DNA from: Utricularia gibba
Lineage: Eukaryota > Plantae > Magnoliophyta
Length of the DNA: 64,000 bases
Direction of reading: 5' to 3'
Assembly (NCBI GenBank): GCA_002189035.1
Contig: NEEC01000026.1
Location: 186,001 to 250,000 of the forward strand
Part shown: positions 39,737 through 51,878 of the stretch, piece after piece
Numbering within the stretch: position 1 is the first letter of the stretch
Layout: each line of letters starts with the position of its first letter
Translations under genes and position numbers: made by a program
Notes under the pieces: model-generated
Database searches by the model: none
What the model was told of the DNA's origin: nothing
What the model saw: the letters and a program-made list of their open reading frames with translations, nothing else

Positions 39737-39899
39737 GGTGGCAAGACTTTAAACCTAACTTCTAATTCAATATTGTTGAGTAGATACTTAAATATAGTTT
39801 CACTTGATGTTACTCCTTATAATTGGTCTAAGTGGAATTATTTCGTTATCCATATTATTCACTTGTGTAACATCCTCATCAATCTTCAATTACTCTTCA

Positions 39900-40370
39900 T
39901 CATCTTGTTAGGCATCATCAGATTGTCTCCATTAGGAGGTTGAAATCCTCAGCATATGATAATGATCCAGCTGGCCATACTAAGGCATGCAGATTTTTGC
40001 TCCTATTATGCATAAGATAATTCGAGCCACAAACATGAGTCTCATTAGGTGGTCAAAACGCTGGGATCAAATTCAATGAGTCTAGCAATCCAATTCCGTG
40101 GTCACTCATTATTCATGTTGGATGTTGTCCACAAATGACATGCTACCCAATAATTATGAGAACCATGTCCATGCAGGCTTTGTCTCTTTGTCGAGGAGGA
40201 CATATGCATAGGGAAATAGTTGCCTCCAACATCCATAGCTATGGCAACAAGTAACTTGTAGTTACACCTTGCATACAAGTGTGTCTTATCTACTTGTATT
40301 ATTGGATGACAATGTTTGTAATCTACAATACAAGATCTGAAAGCCCAAAAAACACAGTGTGACATATGCT
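39900..40370 (-). mobile_element. MULE/MuDR transposase fragment (DDE region)
   Basis: VFWAFRSCIVDYKHCHPIIQVDKTHLY..LLVAIAMD..NYFP matches the MULE consensus VFWAF.PCI.GF..CRP.I.VDGTHLYGKY.G.LL.A...D....FP. Confidence 0.8.
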
Positions 40371-40861
40371 CTTCATACCTCCCATGAGCATTAAGGCAAA
40401 TAAGATGTGGAATGCTCCCATGTATTAGAAACCAGGTTATGGTTAACCCATGCCCATATGTGAAATCCGTATGACGCTCAATCCGTAGCTGTTATTTGGA
40501 TTGAGTACAAGTTTTTTTTAATTTAATTTGAAGGATACTTGATCCTAAGATTTGGATCGAGTGGAGTTTTTTTAAAAAAAAAATCCCAAGTTGAGTATAT
40601 TTATTTGGATCAAGTGAATTGGATGAGAATTAATGGTTTTGTTTTTTTTGTGGGTTTGTGATAATAAAACAAGACACTGTAATATATAATACAATCTAAT
40701 AGGCAAGAAAATATTCCATAATACAAAAGAGGCAAACCAACAATGTTAATCTATTGCTTTTGCATAGCATAGCAAAATAGACAACAAAATTGATACTCCT
40801 ACATAATACAAAAGAGATAAAACACGTGGCATCAAATCATTGTTTTTTTTTATTGAGAAAA

Positions 40862-42164
40862 TGTTAAGTGTCATTTTCTAGTTTATTATTAGGTATTATT
40901 ATGTGTTATTCTAGTGTTAAGTCATCCAATTAGAAATTATATTGATAAGTAATTGAATTTCCTAGAAAAATCCTATTTTTCTATTTTGTATATATTTTCT
41001 CTATCTTTTTCGTGTACTTTGACCGAGATATGTCAGGAGGCAGTTGTGGAGTGTTGCAGGAGGTCAGACTCTGACTTTTCGTGCCTTGTACGTGACTTGG
41101 AACAATTGTGGGTGGAAGAATGACACTGGTCAAGACCCCTGACTTACGGCATGTTAGAGTTTGCAGAAATGATTAGACGCTAACTTGCACGCAAAGGAAA
41201 GCTGGTGGTGCACGCAAGACAGAAGGAATGATGGGAAGAGGACTAGAAGGAGTTAATGCATGAGGAGAGTGAGATAAAAGCAACTTGGAACACTTATTTT
41301 CGGAGCTTCTTTTCGCACTTAGCCTTTGAACTTAGAACTTTTGAGTTCTTCCTCTCCTCAAGGAGGAAGAACACTTCATTTCCAATTTCATTTTCTGTTT
41401 TCATGGCCCTTTGTGGCTAAAACCTTTTAGTTTTTAAGAGTAGATGAAGTTTCCTTCCAAGTCTTGAGCAATACACTCGGTTCTTCGCTGAATACATTTT
41501 GGATTTCGCATACTTCCACGTATCTTGTTGCAATCTTTCTGTAACGACTCCTAGTCAAGGTCCATGAGTAGCTGGCCATTCTTCACGGATTTTGGTGAAG
41601 ATCAAGGTGAAGAGCACCAACTCCAATCCTACTAATTCGAGAGAAGTAGTGGATTGTTTATGGCCTAGGTATCACGACATTGGACAAGTTGTGACCTCGA
41701 GCCTGCCACCGGCCATTGGCAATAGTTGGGCGCACACGTGCAATTTAGTTTTGAAGGTAATCGACGGCAATCCTCTTGTCTTCTTAATCATCCAAGGGGG
41801 AATCACATGAGGCTATTCCCGTGTCTCCTTTTCAATCAAAGTGTAAGGGAGAGTAGACTATTCCTTGCTCCTATAACCAGCTATTCAGAAGGAATTAGTG
41901 AAAACCGAGGCAAGGATAGACAAAGGAAGGAGATGGAATCTCATTCCCACGAACTGCAACCCGTAGTCAAGGCCCATCATTTAGGTTGTATCTTTCATTT
42001 CTGCATTTCACCAAACCCTTTTTACAAAACCGTGACATTTTGTAGAAGTTTCTTACAAAACACTTTTCACGAAAAACAACTTCCTCAGATTGACACTTGT
42101 ACTATGCTTTTTTGTGTTTTACGTTTTATATTTTTTAAATTTGTTGAGGAAACGACACACAATA
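40862..42164 (+). mobile_element. Solo LTR, Athila-like family B (1303 bp)
   Basis: TGTTAAGTG...GACACACAATA; TSD GAAAA at 40857-40861 and 42165-42169; collinear with two other copies. Confidence 0.9.
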
Positions 42165-42276
42165 GAAAAAAAAACAGCACTTCGTGAAAATCACTTGTCA
42201 CATAATTTGAACTAGATTAGCAACCCACTCAAGGCGTCACTCATTTCAAAAAAAAAATTCTATTGGCATGCATGAC

Positions 42277-43555
42277 TGTTAAATGTCATTTTCTAGTTGT
42301 TTATTATGTGTTATTACGTGTTAATTAGATATTAAGTTGCTTAAATTAGGAATTAAATTGATAAGTATTCTTTTTTTCTTAGAAAAATTCTATTTTTTTT
42401 ATTTTATATATATTTATTGTTTTTTTTCGTGCACTTTCACCCAAAATGTCAGGTGGTAAGCTTGAAGTGTTGCAGGAGACTAGACACTGACTTTTCGCGC
42501 CTTTCACATGACTTTGGTCAATTGTGGGCGGGAGATTGACACTAATCAGGACCCCTAACTTACGGCATGTCAGAGTCTGCAGTAATAATTGGATGCTTAC
42601 TTGCATGCATGGGAAAGCTGGTGGCACATGCAAGATAACAAAAATGATGGGAAGGAGAGTAGGAAGAGTTAATGCACGTGAGGAGTGAGATAAAACCAAC
42701 TTGGAACAATCTCTTTCATGACTTTTGGCACTTTATTCTTAGACTTAGAACTTTTGGTTCTTCCTCTCCTTCGAGGGAGGAAAAACACTTAGTTTTCCAT
42801 TTCGTTTTCTATTTTCATGGCCATTCATGGCTAAATCCCTTTAGTTTTTGGAAATAAATAAATTTTCTTTCAAGTCTTGAGCATTAATCTCTGTTCTTTG
42901 CTGAATTCATTCCGGATTTTACATACTTTCATGCATCTTGTTGCAGTCTTTTTGTAATGTCTCCTAGTCATGGTTCATGAGTAGTAGGCCACTCTTCGTG
43001 GATTTTGATGAAGAGTACAATCTCCAATCCTACTGGTTCGAGGGAATTAACGAATTGTTTGTGAGTAAAGTACCGTGACAATGGACATGTAGTGACCTCG
43101 TACCTGTCATTGGTTCTTGGCAATAGCTGGGCACACATGTAGAATTCGGATTTGAAGGCAATCGACGGCAATCTTCTTGTCTTCCCGTGCCTTCTTGTCA
43201 ATCAGAGTGTAAGGGATAGTAGACTATTACTTGTTTCTATAACCAGTTATTCGGAAGGAATCAATGAAAGTCGAGGCAAAGATAGACAAAAAGAGGAAAC
43301 GGAGTCCATTTCCCATGAACTACGTCCCGTAGTCGAGGTCTATTACTTGTGTTGTCACTTTTATTTCTGCACCTAAAAAATCTCATTTTATAAACCCGTG
43401 ACAATTTGTAAAAGTTTTTTACAAAAACACTTTTCAAAAAACTCAACTCCATGAGATCAACACTCGTACTATACTTTTTTGTGTTTTATGCTTTCTAATT
43501 TAAAATTTATTGAGGAAACGACACGCAACAAATTTTTGACATCATTGCTTGGGAG
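42277..43555 (+). mobile_element. Family-B 5' LTR (42277-43530) with decayed tRNA-Asp PBS, truncated downstream
   Basis: TGTTAAATG...GACACGCAACA then AATTTTTGACATCATTGCTTGGGA, a transition-decayed Athila PBS. Confidence 0.85.
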
Positions 43556-43881
43556 TTGTGTGTTTTTGTGTTTAGTGTTGCGTATAGTTTTTCTTTTTCT
43601 TTCTTTCTTCTTGTTTTTCTTTTGCATTCAGCACTAAGGACCATAAAAGAAGAAATCACTACAACCATACTAACAGATCACTTTGTATCATCTTTGATGC
43701 AGAAGACAAGTTTGAACTATGCCCATATCTGTTTCAAACACTTCCTAAGTTTGGTGGGAGAGAGAATGATGACCCATACGTGCTCTTCATTTGGCACCCA
43801 TGCATGCTTTGATTTCTCTGAGTTTTATGCCATATAACATGTGAATTTGTGATTATAGGCTAAAAACTTGAGAAGCACGCT

Positions 43882-44094
43882 TATGGGTATGGATTAGCCA
43901 TAACCCACATCCGTGTAACATTTTTAAAAACAATATATAATTATTTATATATAATATTACATATACATTTAATTTCAATAAAATTATTTTATTTTACATT
44001 CAATTTGTATATTTTGTTTTAAATTTATATAACGAAAAGCATCACACCATTATGTAGTTTTACAAGAGAGGGTTATGGCTAATCCACGCCCATA
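43882..44094. repeat. 24-bp inverted repeat around an AT-rich spacer (MITE-like)
   Basis: TATGGGTATGGATTAGCCATAACC (43882-43905) vs GGTTATGGCTAATCCACGCCCATA (44071-44094), 22/24 complementary; no TSD seen. Confidence 0.6.
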
Positions 44095-45221
44095 TGTAGT
44101 TTGCTATACTCGTTTGACCACATACGGGCGGGTTACGTGCAGCGGAAGGTGGGAAAAACAAAAATTTCCCTTTTTGTAACCAGCGATATCTCATATCGCT
44201 ATAGAATGATGCCTCTAGCTCATCCACACGAACTAGAAATAAATCCGACTAGGTTAAAAACAACAAATGTATCACATATATTTTGCCCAAAATATGTTTA
44301 AACCATCTCACGGAATAAACATACATCTGATGCCAATATCTCATATTTGCACCAAGACTTGATTCAACTCTTGAATCGGTATATTGGGAAAACACAGTAA
44401 AGCCAATGCTAATATCTCATATTAACACTGGCTATCAACACAGAAGAAACACATGGAATCAGCGAAGAAAATTACCAAACTCGAAACCAAAGTCGAGTTC
44501 TCTTCTTCGTATCGCTATTCACCGGTTTCGTTTCTTCCTAGAGCGCTTTTCCTCTTTCGGAGTTTGAACACCTCTTCCCAGAAGAAGAACTCTAAAAACC
44601 CCCGAAAGTGGATCAACACGCATTTTAATGTGGCACAAAGTTTTGACGGCAAAATGAGAACTTGGAATCTCATTCCAATATCTCGACAACCTGGCTAGGA
44701 ATTTACCCGACGAAACAATCAGTAAATCTGAAGTCTCATCTCCGTTTACCCGGAGTAATGAATCCTATATTAGTTATTCAGAGATCTTCATATACTATCA
44801 CTTTAGACCATCACTATCGCTGACTTGTATATTTCAACAAGCCTAAATAGTAACAAATCTAAGGCAATAATATATAAGACACAATGAAACCTCAAGTCGA
44901 AGGATTTCCATAAAGCAATCTGAATAACATTGTGTTGAAATATGTAAAATACCATGCATATGTTATTCAGCGTCACATGTTCGGTCAGCTCATCTCATGA
45001 GCCCCCACATGTTTATTCTGACATCTCATGTCAAGCAGCATTCGACCCACTGCCTACTGTATCTTGATAAACACTTTATCAACACAGTAAATAAACAGAG
45101 GTGACAGTTAAGCCAACTATGATGCCCAATCAAAGTATTCAAACTGTGAACCATTTGAATATACATGTTACAGGAGAATCTGCCGAATATTTTTAACAAC
45201 TTAAAAATACATTCTCCAAAC

Positions 45222-45535
45222 ATATAATTCTGGACATTGCCCATGCAAAGGAACCAAGATCCCATAAGAACTCCAAACATATAGAACGGCGATATCACAT
45301 CCTACGAGAAATCGTGGCAAGGGGCGATGTGATAATGGAGAAAATAGCGTCGGAAGAGAATGTGGCCGATCCACTTACTAAGCCTATGAATCAACAACAG
45401 TTGGATCGTCATCTTGAGAAGATGGGATTGAGATACTATAGTGAATGGCTTTAGCGCAAGTGGGAGATTGTTGGAAATATGCTCAAAAGTCATGTAAAGT
45501 TAATGTAAATGTAAAATAATTTTATTGAAATCAAC
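45222..45535 (+). mobile_element. Ty1/copia (Angela-like) RNase H end, PPT and first ~67 bp of the 3' LTR
   Basis: KEPRSHKNSKHIERRYHILREIV..ENVADPLTKP, stop at 45452-45454, PPT CAAGTGGGAGAT, LTR start TGTTGGAAATATGC at 45469. Confidence 0.9.
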
Positions 45536-45575
45536 TATATATATATATCTATATATATAGATATATATATATATA
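45536..45575. repeat. (TA)n tract with symmetric C/G interruptions
   Basis: 45536-45573 is a perfect palindrome centred on TCTATATATATAGA. Confidence 0.9.
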
Positions 45576-46520
45576 CCGAAACCGATCCTAAGGACACTGC
45601 AGCAACACTTGCTTCGTTTCCCATCCGAAGAATCACCTCTTTCGATCGCAATGACCCTCGATCACTCCTAGTCAGCACATGCGTAACGATGTCAGAACTA
45701 GCACCGGTATCTACTACCCAAGTGAGTGGTGAGCCATCAAACACATTGGAAGATGAAGAATGCAAACCTTTTGCTTTCTCCTTGTCCTTACTTTCCTTAA
45801 CAGACTTAAGGAAATCCGGACAGTTCCTCTTCCAATGTCCCTTTTTACTGTAGTGGATACACTTTCCTTTACTGCTAGACTCGCCCTTCTCAAGAACGGT
45901 CCGTTTCCTCTTCATGGGAGCACTCTTAACCTTTAAGTCCTCATCGACCTTCTCTTTTCCCTTCTTCGTGGACTTCTTCTTCTTGTTTCCTGCAATGACA
46001 AGAGCAGCTTCTCTTGTCTTGCTAGAAGAGGAAGCGTTTCGTTGAGCAACCGTCAACTTATTATTGTGTTCTGCTAGCGAGCAGCTGATCTGATTCATGT
46101 GAAAGTTCGTTATGAAGCTTCCAAACAACTTTGGAAGCGACTGCAGAACCAGATCAATTTTCAGATAAGTGTCCATCTTGAAATCAAGATTTTCTAGCCC
46201 TTCTATGAGCATAATCATAGAATTCACATGGGCGCTGACATCTGAACCTTCCTCCATACGTGCACCAAACAACCTACTCGACATCTCATATCGAGAGGAT
46301 CTGCTTGACGCACCATACAGTTCTCACAGGTGTTCCAAGATGGAAGCTGCTGTGGTGTAATTCTCATGTTGCCTCTACAAATCAGAATTCATAGAGGCCA
46401 ACATGTAACACCTTGCCGTTGTCATCTATCTCCCACTGAACTAGCAACTGGTGCTCAACATCTGTGGGATTAGATGGGTCAACTGGCACAAGAGGCTTTC
46501 CATCCAATACACATGCCATT
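45576..46520 (-). mobile_element. Ty1/copia (Angela-like) gag-protease fragment
   Basis: UBN2-like gag (ARCYMLASM..RYEMSSRLF.ARM), zinc-knuckle remnant KCIHYSKKGHWKRNC, protease WVVDTGAS. Confidence 0.9.
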
Positions 46521-46604
46521 CTTGATATAAACACTCACATAGTCACAACATCTCATGCTTGAACTATAAACAAATAATATCACATATCATTCATAATATT
46601 GCCT

Positions 46605-46727
46605 GAATGGAGAGCCAAGAAATAATATCACATCTCGATTCAGATCCATATCCAACTTGTGTCTCTTGTCTTGAAGGGAAAATGACAAAGAGGCCTTTCA
46701 CGGGGCATTTCAAAAGAGCCATAGATA
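46605..46727 (+). mobile_element. Copia GAG-pre-integrase fragment
   Basis: PTCVSCLEGKMTKRPF matches the Copia C..C..GKM.K.PF motif. Confidence 0.85.
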
Positions 46728-47017
46728 ATTCACGCCAGAGGATTCCTTGGAAATTATACAAATTTCAGCGACTTTGTCCGATGGTATTCTGTTGTTATCT
46801 TTATCAAGATAGTACAGGCCGTCTTGTATCAAACCATGCCCAATGAGTTCCATTTTGCTAAGGATATATGTATGATATATTTTGCAAATGAACTCATTGG
46901 GCATGGTTTGATACAAGACGGCCTGTACTATCTTGATAAGGATAACAACAGAATACCATCGGACAAAGTCGCTGAAATTTGTATAATTTCCAAGGAATCC
47001 CCTGGCATGAATTATCT
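46723..47017. repeat. Long inverted repeat: 128-bp arms (46723-46850, 46890-47017), 39-nt loop
   Basis: 125/128 Watson-Crick pairs; both strands encode ELIGHGLIQDGLYYLDKDNNRIPSDKVAEICIISKES (Copia pre-integrase region). Confidence 0.97.
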
Positions 47018-47939
47018 GTTTGATTTCAACTTCATTTTTCCTGTAAATGGAGAACTAGCAAGATCTACATATATTCAAGCATCCACATCAATCAAGAAGT
47101 CACGGACTTCAACTAATTGATTACTACATTCATGTTTATCACATAAACAAGGTATGCACAATGTAACAAATAGAATTATCCTTGCTCTACATCTCCTCAA
47201 GTACATATGCTATTCTTGGAGCATGTAAAACAACAATCAACAGCTTGATTCACATATATCATATGCAATTCTATCTCTGCTCCTAACATTTCTATTCTCA
47301 GGTACCCATGCCATTCTTGAATAAAATGCTAGACAAGTAAACCCATTCAGCCAGCAATCATATAAGTAATTTAATATCTCAGGTACACATGCCATTCTTG
47401 ATATAAACACTCACATAGTCACAACATCTCATGCTTGAACAATAAACAAATAATATCACATATCATTCATAATATTGGCATTATGATTTATGTTATATAA
47501 AGTTAATGTAAATGTAAAATAATTTTATTGAAATCAACTATATATATATATATATATTATTTTAATAAATAATAATCTAATTTTTTAATACTATGAATTA
47601 TAATATTGTTGAAGATATAAAATTCTAATCTACTTTAATAAGAATTATCATTAATAATTAACTATATACAAAATTATTAATAAAAGATAGCTATTTTTCA
47701 TTTAATATTTACATTTTTAATATCAATTTTATTTTAAAAATAAAAAGTTAGTGTTTTAATATTGAGTTAAATCTATTGAACCATTTAGTTATGGTTTTTG
47801 GTTGAACTATTTTTCAAATGATTTGAACCAGATTCATTAATTTTTAATTATAAAATCACGATTTAATCCATCAAAATATTGAAAACATAGAAAATACAAA
47901 GTATGTCCTTAAATATATGATACAATTAAATTAAGAAGA

Positions 47940-48300
47940 TTCATCAAAGTCTTCATCATCGTTCTATATCTCAATGCTTCCAAATGAATTATAATCTAAA
48001 TCCATGTGATTATTTCTTCCTATCAATGCAAACATATACATAAAAAATATAATTATTAAAATTCATTGAAAATATATATATATCCAATACTTATAACATA
48101 CCTTCTATTTTCTCTTCATCATCTCCATTAATACATACAGGAGGCTCTAAAACTCCATAAAGTATGTATTCAAATTCTTCATAATCAAGAAATGGATCAC
48201 TTGGATCCTCAATAACTAATGCGTCTACCATTTCCAATAGTTCAACATCAATTGGATTGCATGTTATACACCATTATTAACCCAACTACATATAAAAATT
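47940..48300 (-). mobile_element. Possible hAT transposase C-terminal remnant
   Basis: NPIDVELLEMVDALVIEDPSDPFLDYEEFE loosely resembles acidic hAT C-termini; weak. Confidence 0.3.
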
Positions 48301-51300
48301 CAAAAATAAAACTTCGAAATTCAAACCATAAATCAAAGACAAATATAATCACATTTATCCTTCTAATTGTTAGTGTATGTGTTCTAAAGACAATCAACTC
48401 ATTGGCAAATCTTATCTTTTGATATTTATTTTGAATTGTGATCAAATTTATATCATTGATAAAATCCTCTACTTGATCTATGTGCTATAGAAATTATGAT
48501 GAGATCATAATGTGAGATTCTTCAAGCACTCATGATCAAGTTAAATCTCCTTGGCTAGGAGTATTTGTGAAATGAGGATATCACAAATACGGATAAGTTG
48601 GCACACATTGAGTTCCCTAAACAGTTTAGGCAATGGTTCTCACAATTGATGTAATGAGATTACTAGAACCTATGTGTGAGTGTCGATTAGAGAATCGATT
48701 CACTGGATGACTCATCTTCGAGATGCTACTATGGGAAGCTAACCAAGTGTCAGTAGCAAGATCTCGAATATGACAGCCGTGCAAGTAAACTTAGACTTGA
48801 GGTCAACAAAGTTATCTTGATCTTAAGCTCACATTTTCGTTCATTATTAATGGGAGCCTAACCATGGCTTGCCTAGTATGGATGAGTAGGGATGTGACTC
48901 CTTAATGTTGGAGATAGTTGATTGATCAATAAAGGATTCATCACTCATGTTAGCAATGAGATCATATCTCAAGTCATTGCATCAAAGCCTAACAGTAAGT
49001 CCTGGGCCCAAGGTAACGACACTCGAATTGTTTGAGTAGGTCATTGAGTGTTAGTGCTTGAATCCAATTATAAGTTCGAAACATCAAAAAGACACACACC
49101 CATGTTCTGGTACCGAATGAGATATAAGTATGATGAAAGCTGTTCATTGCATGGTGGCTGTTCATGGAAAGGTTCAATAAGTTCACCTGATTATTCTTTT
49201 TGTCACATTTGAAGACTAAGTCTTAGCTAAAACCAATGCAAGTCTACAATAAAATACAACAAATCAATAAATAGGTAAATTCGACTACGAACTAGAATAA
49301 GATAATGCAATATCTTAAGGATTTCAAGAGTCACATGATCATTACTATACATATTCCACCCAATCCAACAATCAATCATCTAAGAAATTAAGAGTTCAAT
49401 TCTATTTAAACCTTGGTTTTTTTCTAACTTTTGATATACCTCTAGTTAAGTTTTTTTATGATGAATATCACTATTTTTTCATTGTAGATCTATTCTGGTT
49501 TGATAGGAAATTAGTATAATTACCGAGCTAAGGTAGTATAATAAGTAATAATTATGCACACTCCCTTCTACCTCAAGGCATCATATGTGTTTAGCCACTC
49601 ATATTGAAATAAAATAAAACTAGCACGTAAAGCATCATCCACAACATATTCCTGTTACACCTTGATAAACAAAAAATTCACACGTCGTAAATGTAAACTT
49701 TCCTATCAAATAAATTTATAACCTAATACACATTCAAGCATAAAAAAATTATGAGCATAGTGGACTAGGGTCAAACACAAGGAGCTAGGTGCTTGCTATG
49801 TGAAGGTCAATAGAAGGAATTAATGTCACATTGGTAAAATTGGTCTTAGCTAGGACTAAGGCAGAATTAAAACGAAATACAGTAAAGAAAAGTAATAAGT
49901 TCTAGAGTTCGGTTGTTTTCGGAATGGAATGGGTGATGCCTTGGGACTCCTATGGGATGTATGCTCATCACTAAACAAACTCAAACAAACCACAAATCAT
50001 ACAACTAACTCACAAGATCTAGATCTATCCGGATTCTTGTTTTTCCCCCTAATCTTTGGTCTACCTCTAATTAGGATTGTTAAGTTGGGTTTCACTACTT
50101 CCCCCTCCTGGATCTATCCTAGTTTGTTAAGGAAGTGACGTGACTCATGGATGTTTAGATGTAAAGGTTGATTAACATGTTTCTCCCCTTTTTACCTCAA
50201 GGCACCCCTCCTAAGTACTTAGCCACTCATGCTTAAGGTAAACGAAAGTGGAAAAGAAAACATCACCCACAGTGTGCTCATTTCACAGTCAAATACCAGA
50301 AAACAAACAAGCAAGTAATGTGAAGTGTCAACAAAAACTGAAAAACTTCACTAGCTACTCTTAGCTAGGAGTAATATTCTTCGAAGACATAAAATAATCT
50401 TGAACTTCAGCTTCGTTCCTATTTGTCTTCCTTCTTCTTCCTCCCCAGAAAATGTGTTCGTGAGTCTCCAAGGGGAGATCTCATTTCTCTCTCCAGCTTT
50501 CCCTCTTTTTGTCCAAAATCTCCCTTTTTCCTCCTTGGATTTTGTGTGCACCACTTTTCAGACTTTTGGACTCATCTTCTGCCACTACACTGTGCATGTT
50601 CGGCTCCTTGGATTTGTGTTGCGACCTACACTGCATTGCTCGAATAAAACTATTAGAAGGCTGGGGCTAAATCACAGATTTAGTCCCAACTATGACTAAA
50701 ATCACACAATTACGGTACTTATGCACAAAAATATAAAACTAGGCAGTAAAACTAAATTTTTGTAGCACAATATGAATTTTTTTCATGTACTTAATCACTC
50801 AAAAATATGTGTTATCACATTATGCTACAACGACACTAGACTTGTCCTCAAGTCCTAACTAAGACTAGTAGGAGGTAAGCAATTGAGGGATTTCCAAACA
50901 GCCATGCAAACGCTTAACATTTAAGTCCAGAATACAAGAATTTAAAGAGTGTTAGTGTGCAAGACGGGTAATCACTCAAGCATACATGTGAATTTCATCA
51001 AAATAAGTCCCTTCAAAGATTAAATAAGCTAACATGACACAATTAGGCTTTCAAAGGGATACTGGTGGTCTCTTTTCATTTCTTCTTCTCTTCACTTTTT
51101 TTTTTCATTTGTACAGAAATCAAGAGTAGGGAAAGTTTCAAGCTTAACTCAGGCAATTTTCGCTCCCCTCCTTTATATATGGAGTGTGGGCCAGGCACTC
51201 CTCTCCTGAGGGTTTCCTACTACTCTGAGTCATTCTCATAACCTCCCTTCTCTCTTTACTCTGTTGTCTACACACGCTTTTCAATTGTGTGTTGCTTTTG

Positions 51301-51878
51301 AAGACATGGGGTCTCATCTCTTTTTTTATGATGATGCTTTTCTAACCTCCTCTCTTTTTTTTTCATCTCTCAATAAGCCTTTCGACCACCAGTATCCATG
51401 AAAGAACCAAATATGTCAGCTTGCACAAAAAAATCTCGATTGCACAAATCAGAGTCTATCACACATGGTGCTACCTCACAAAGATAAGTCGGTTAAAAGT
51501 CATGCTCACAGGTGTATAAATGATTAAAACAAATTCATGCATCATGTACTTCATGAAAAGCATCACGCATGCATATGAAAATTCCTCAATTAGCTTGCAA
51601 AATTCTCCTGATCCTAGTACCGAACTACTAAATTACTCCTAACTTAGACTAAGACCCCAAAAATAAAAATAAAAATAAAAATAAAAATAAAAATAAAACT
51701 AAGGCAATGCAGCGATGTTACTTGGTCAGGGAGGAGTACTTCACTCCCTGTTTTAGTTCATTCACTTCCCTTAGCAAATTCCCGAGCCTATCATATATTA
51801 TGTCAATCCTTTTAGTCCAGCAGAAAACTTTCTTGTTCCTTTGGGTCATGGCTGTCTGGGTTTTTCCTTTTCCCTTAA

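Larger units (their letters stand above)
46508..47477 (+). repeat. 94-bp dispersed direct repeat (46508-46601 and 47384-47477)
   Basis: 93/94 identical (GAACTATAAA vs GAACAATAAA). Confidence 0.92.

Noticed and set aside
44491-44507. 15-mer shared in reverse with the region near 59143
   Set aside because: A few such matches are expected by chance in 64 kb; no flanking homology.
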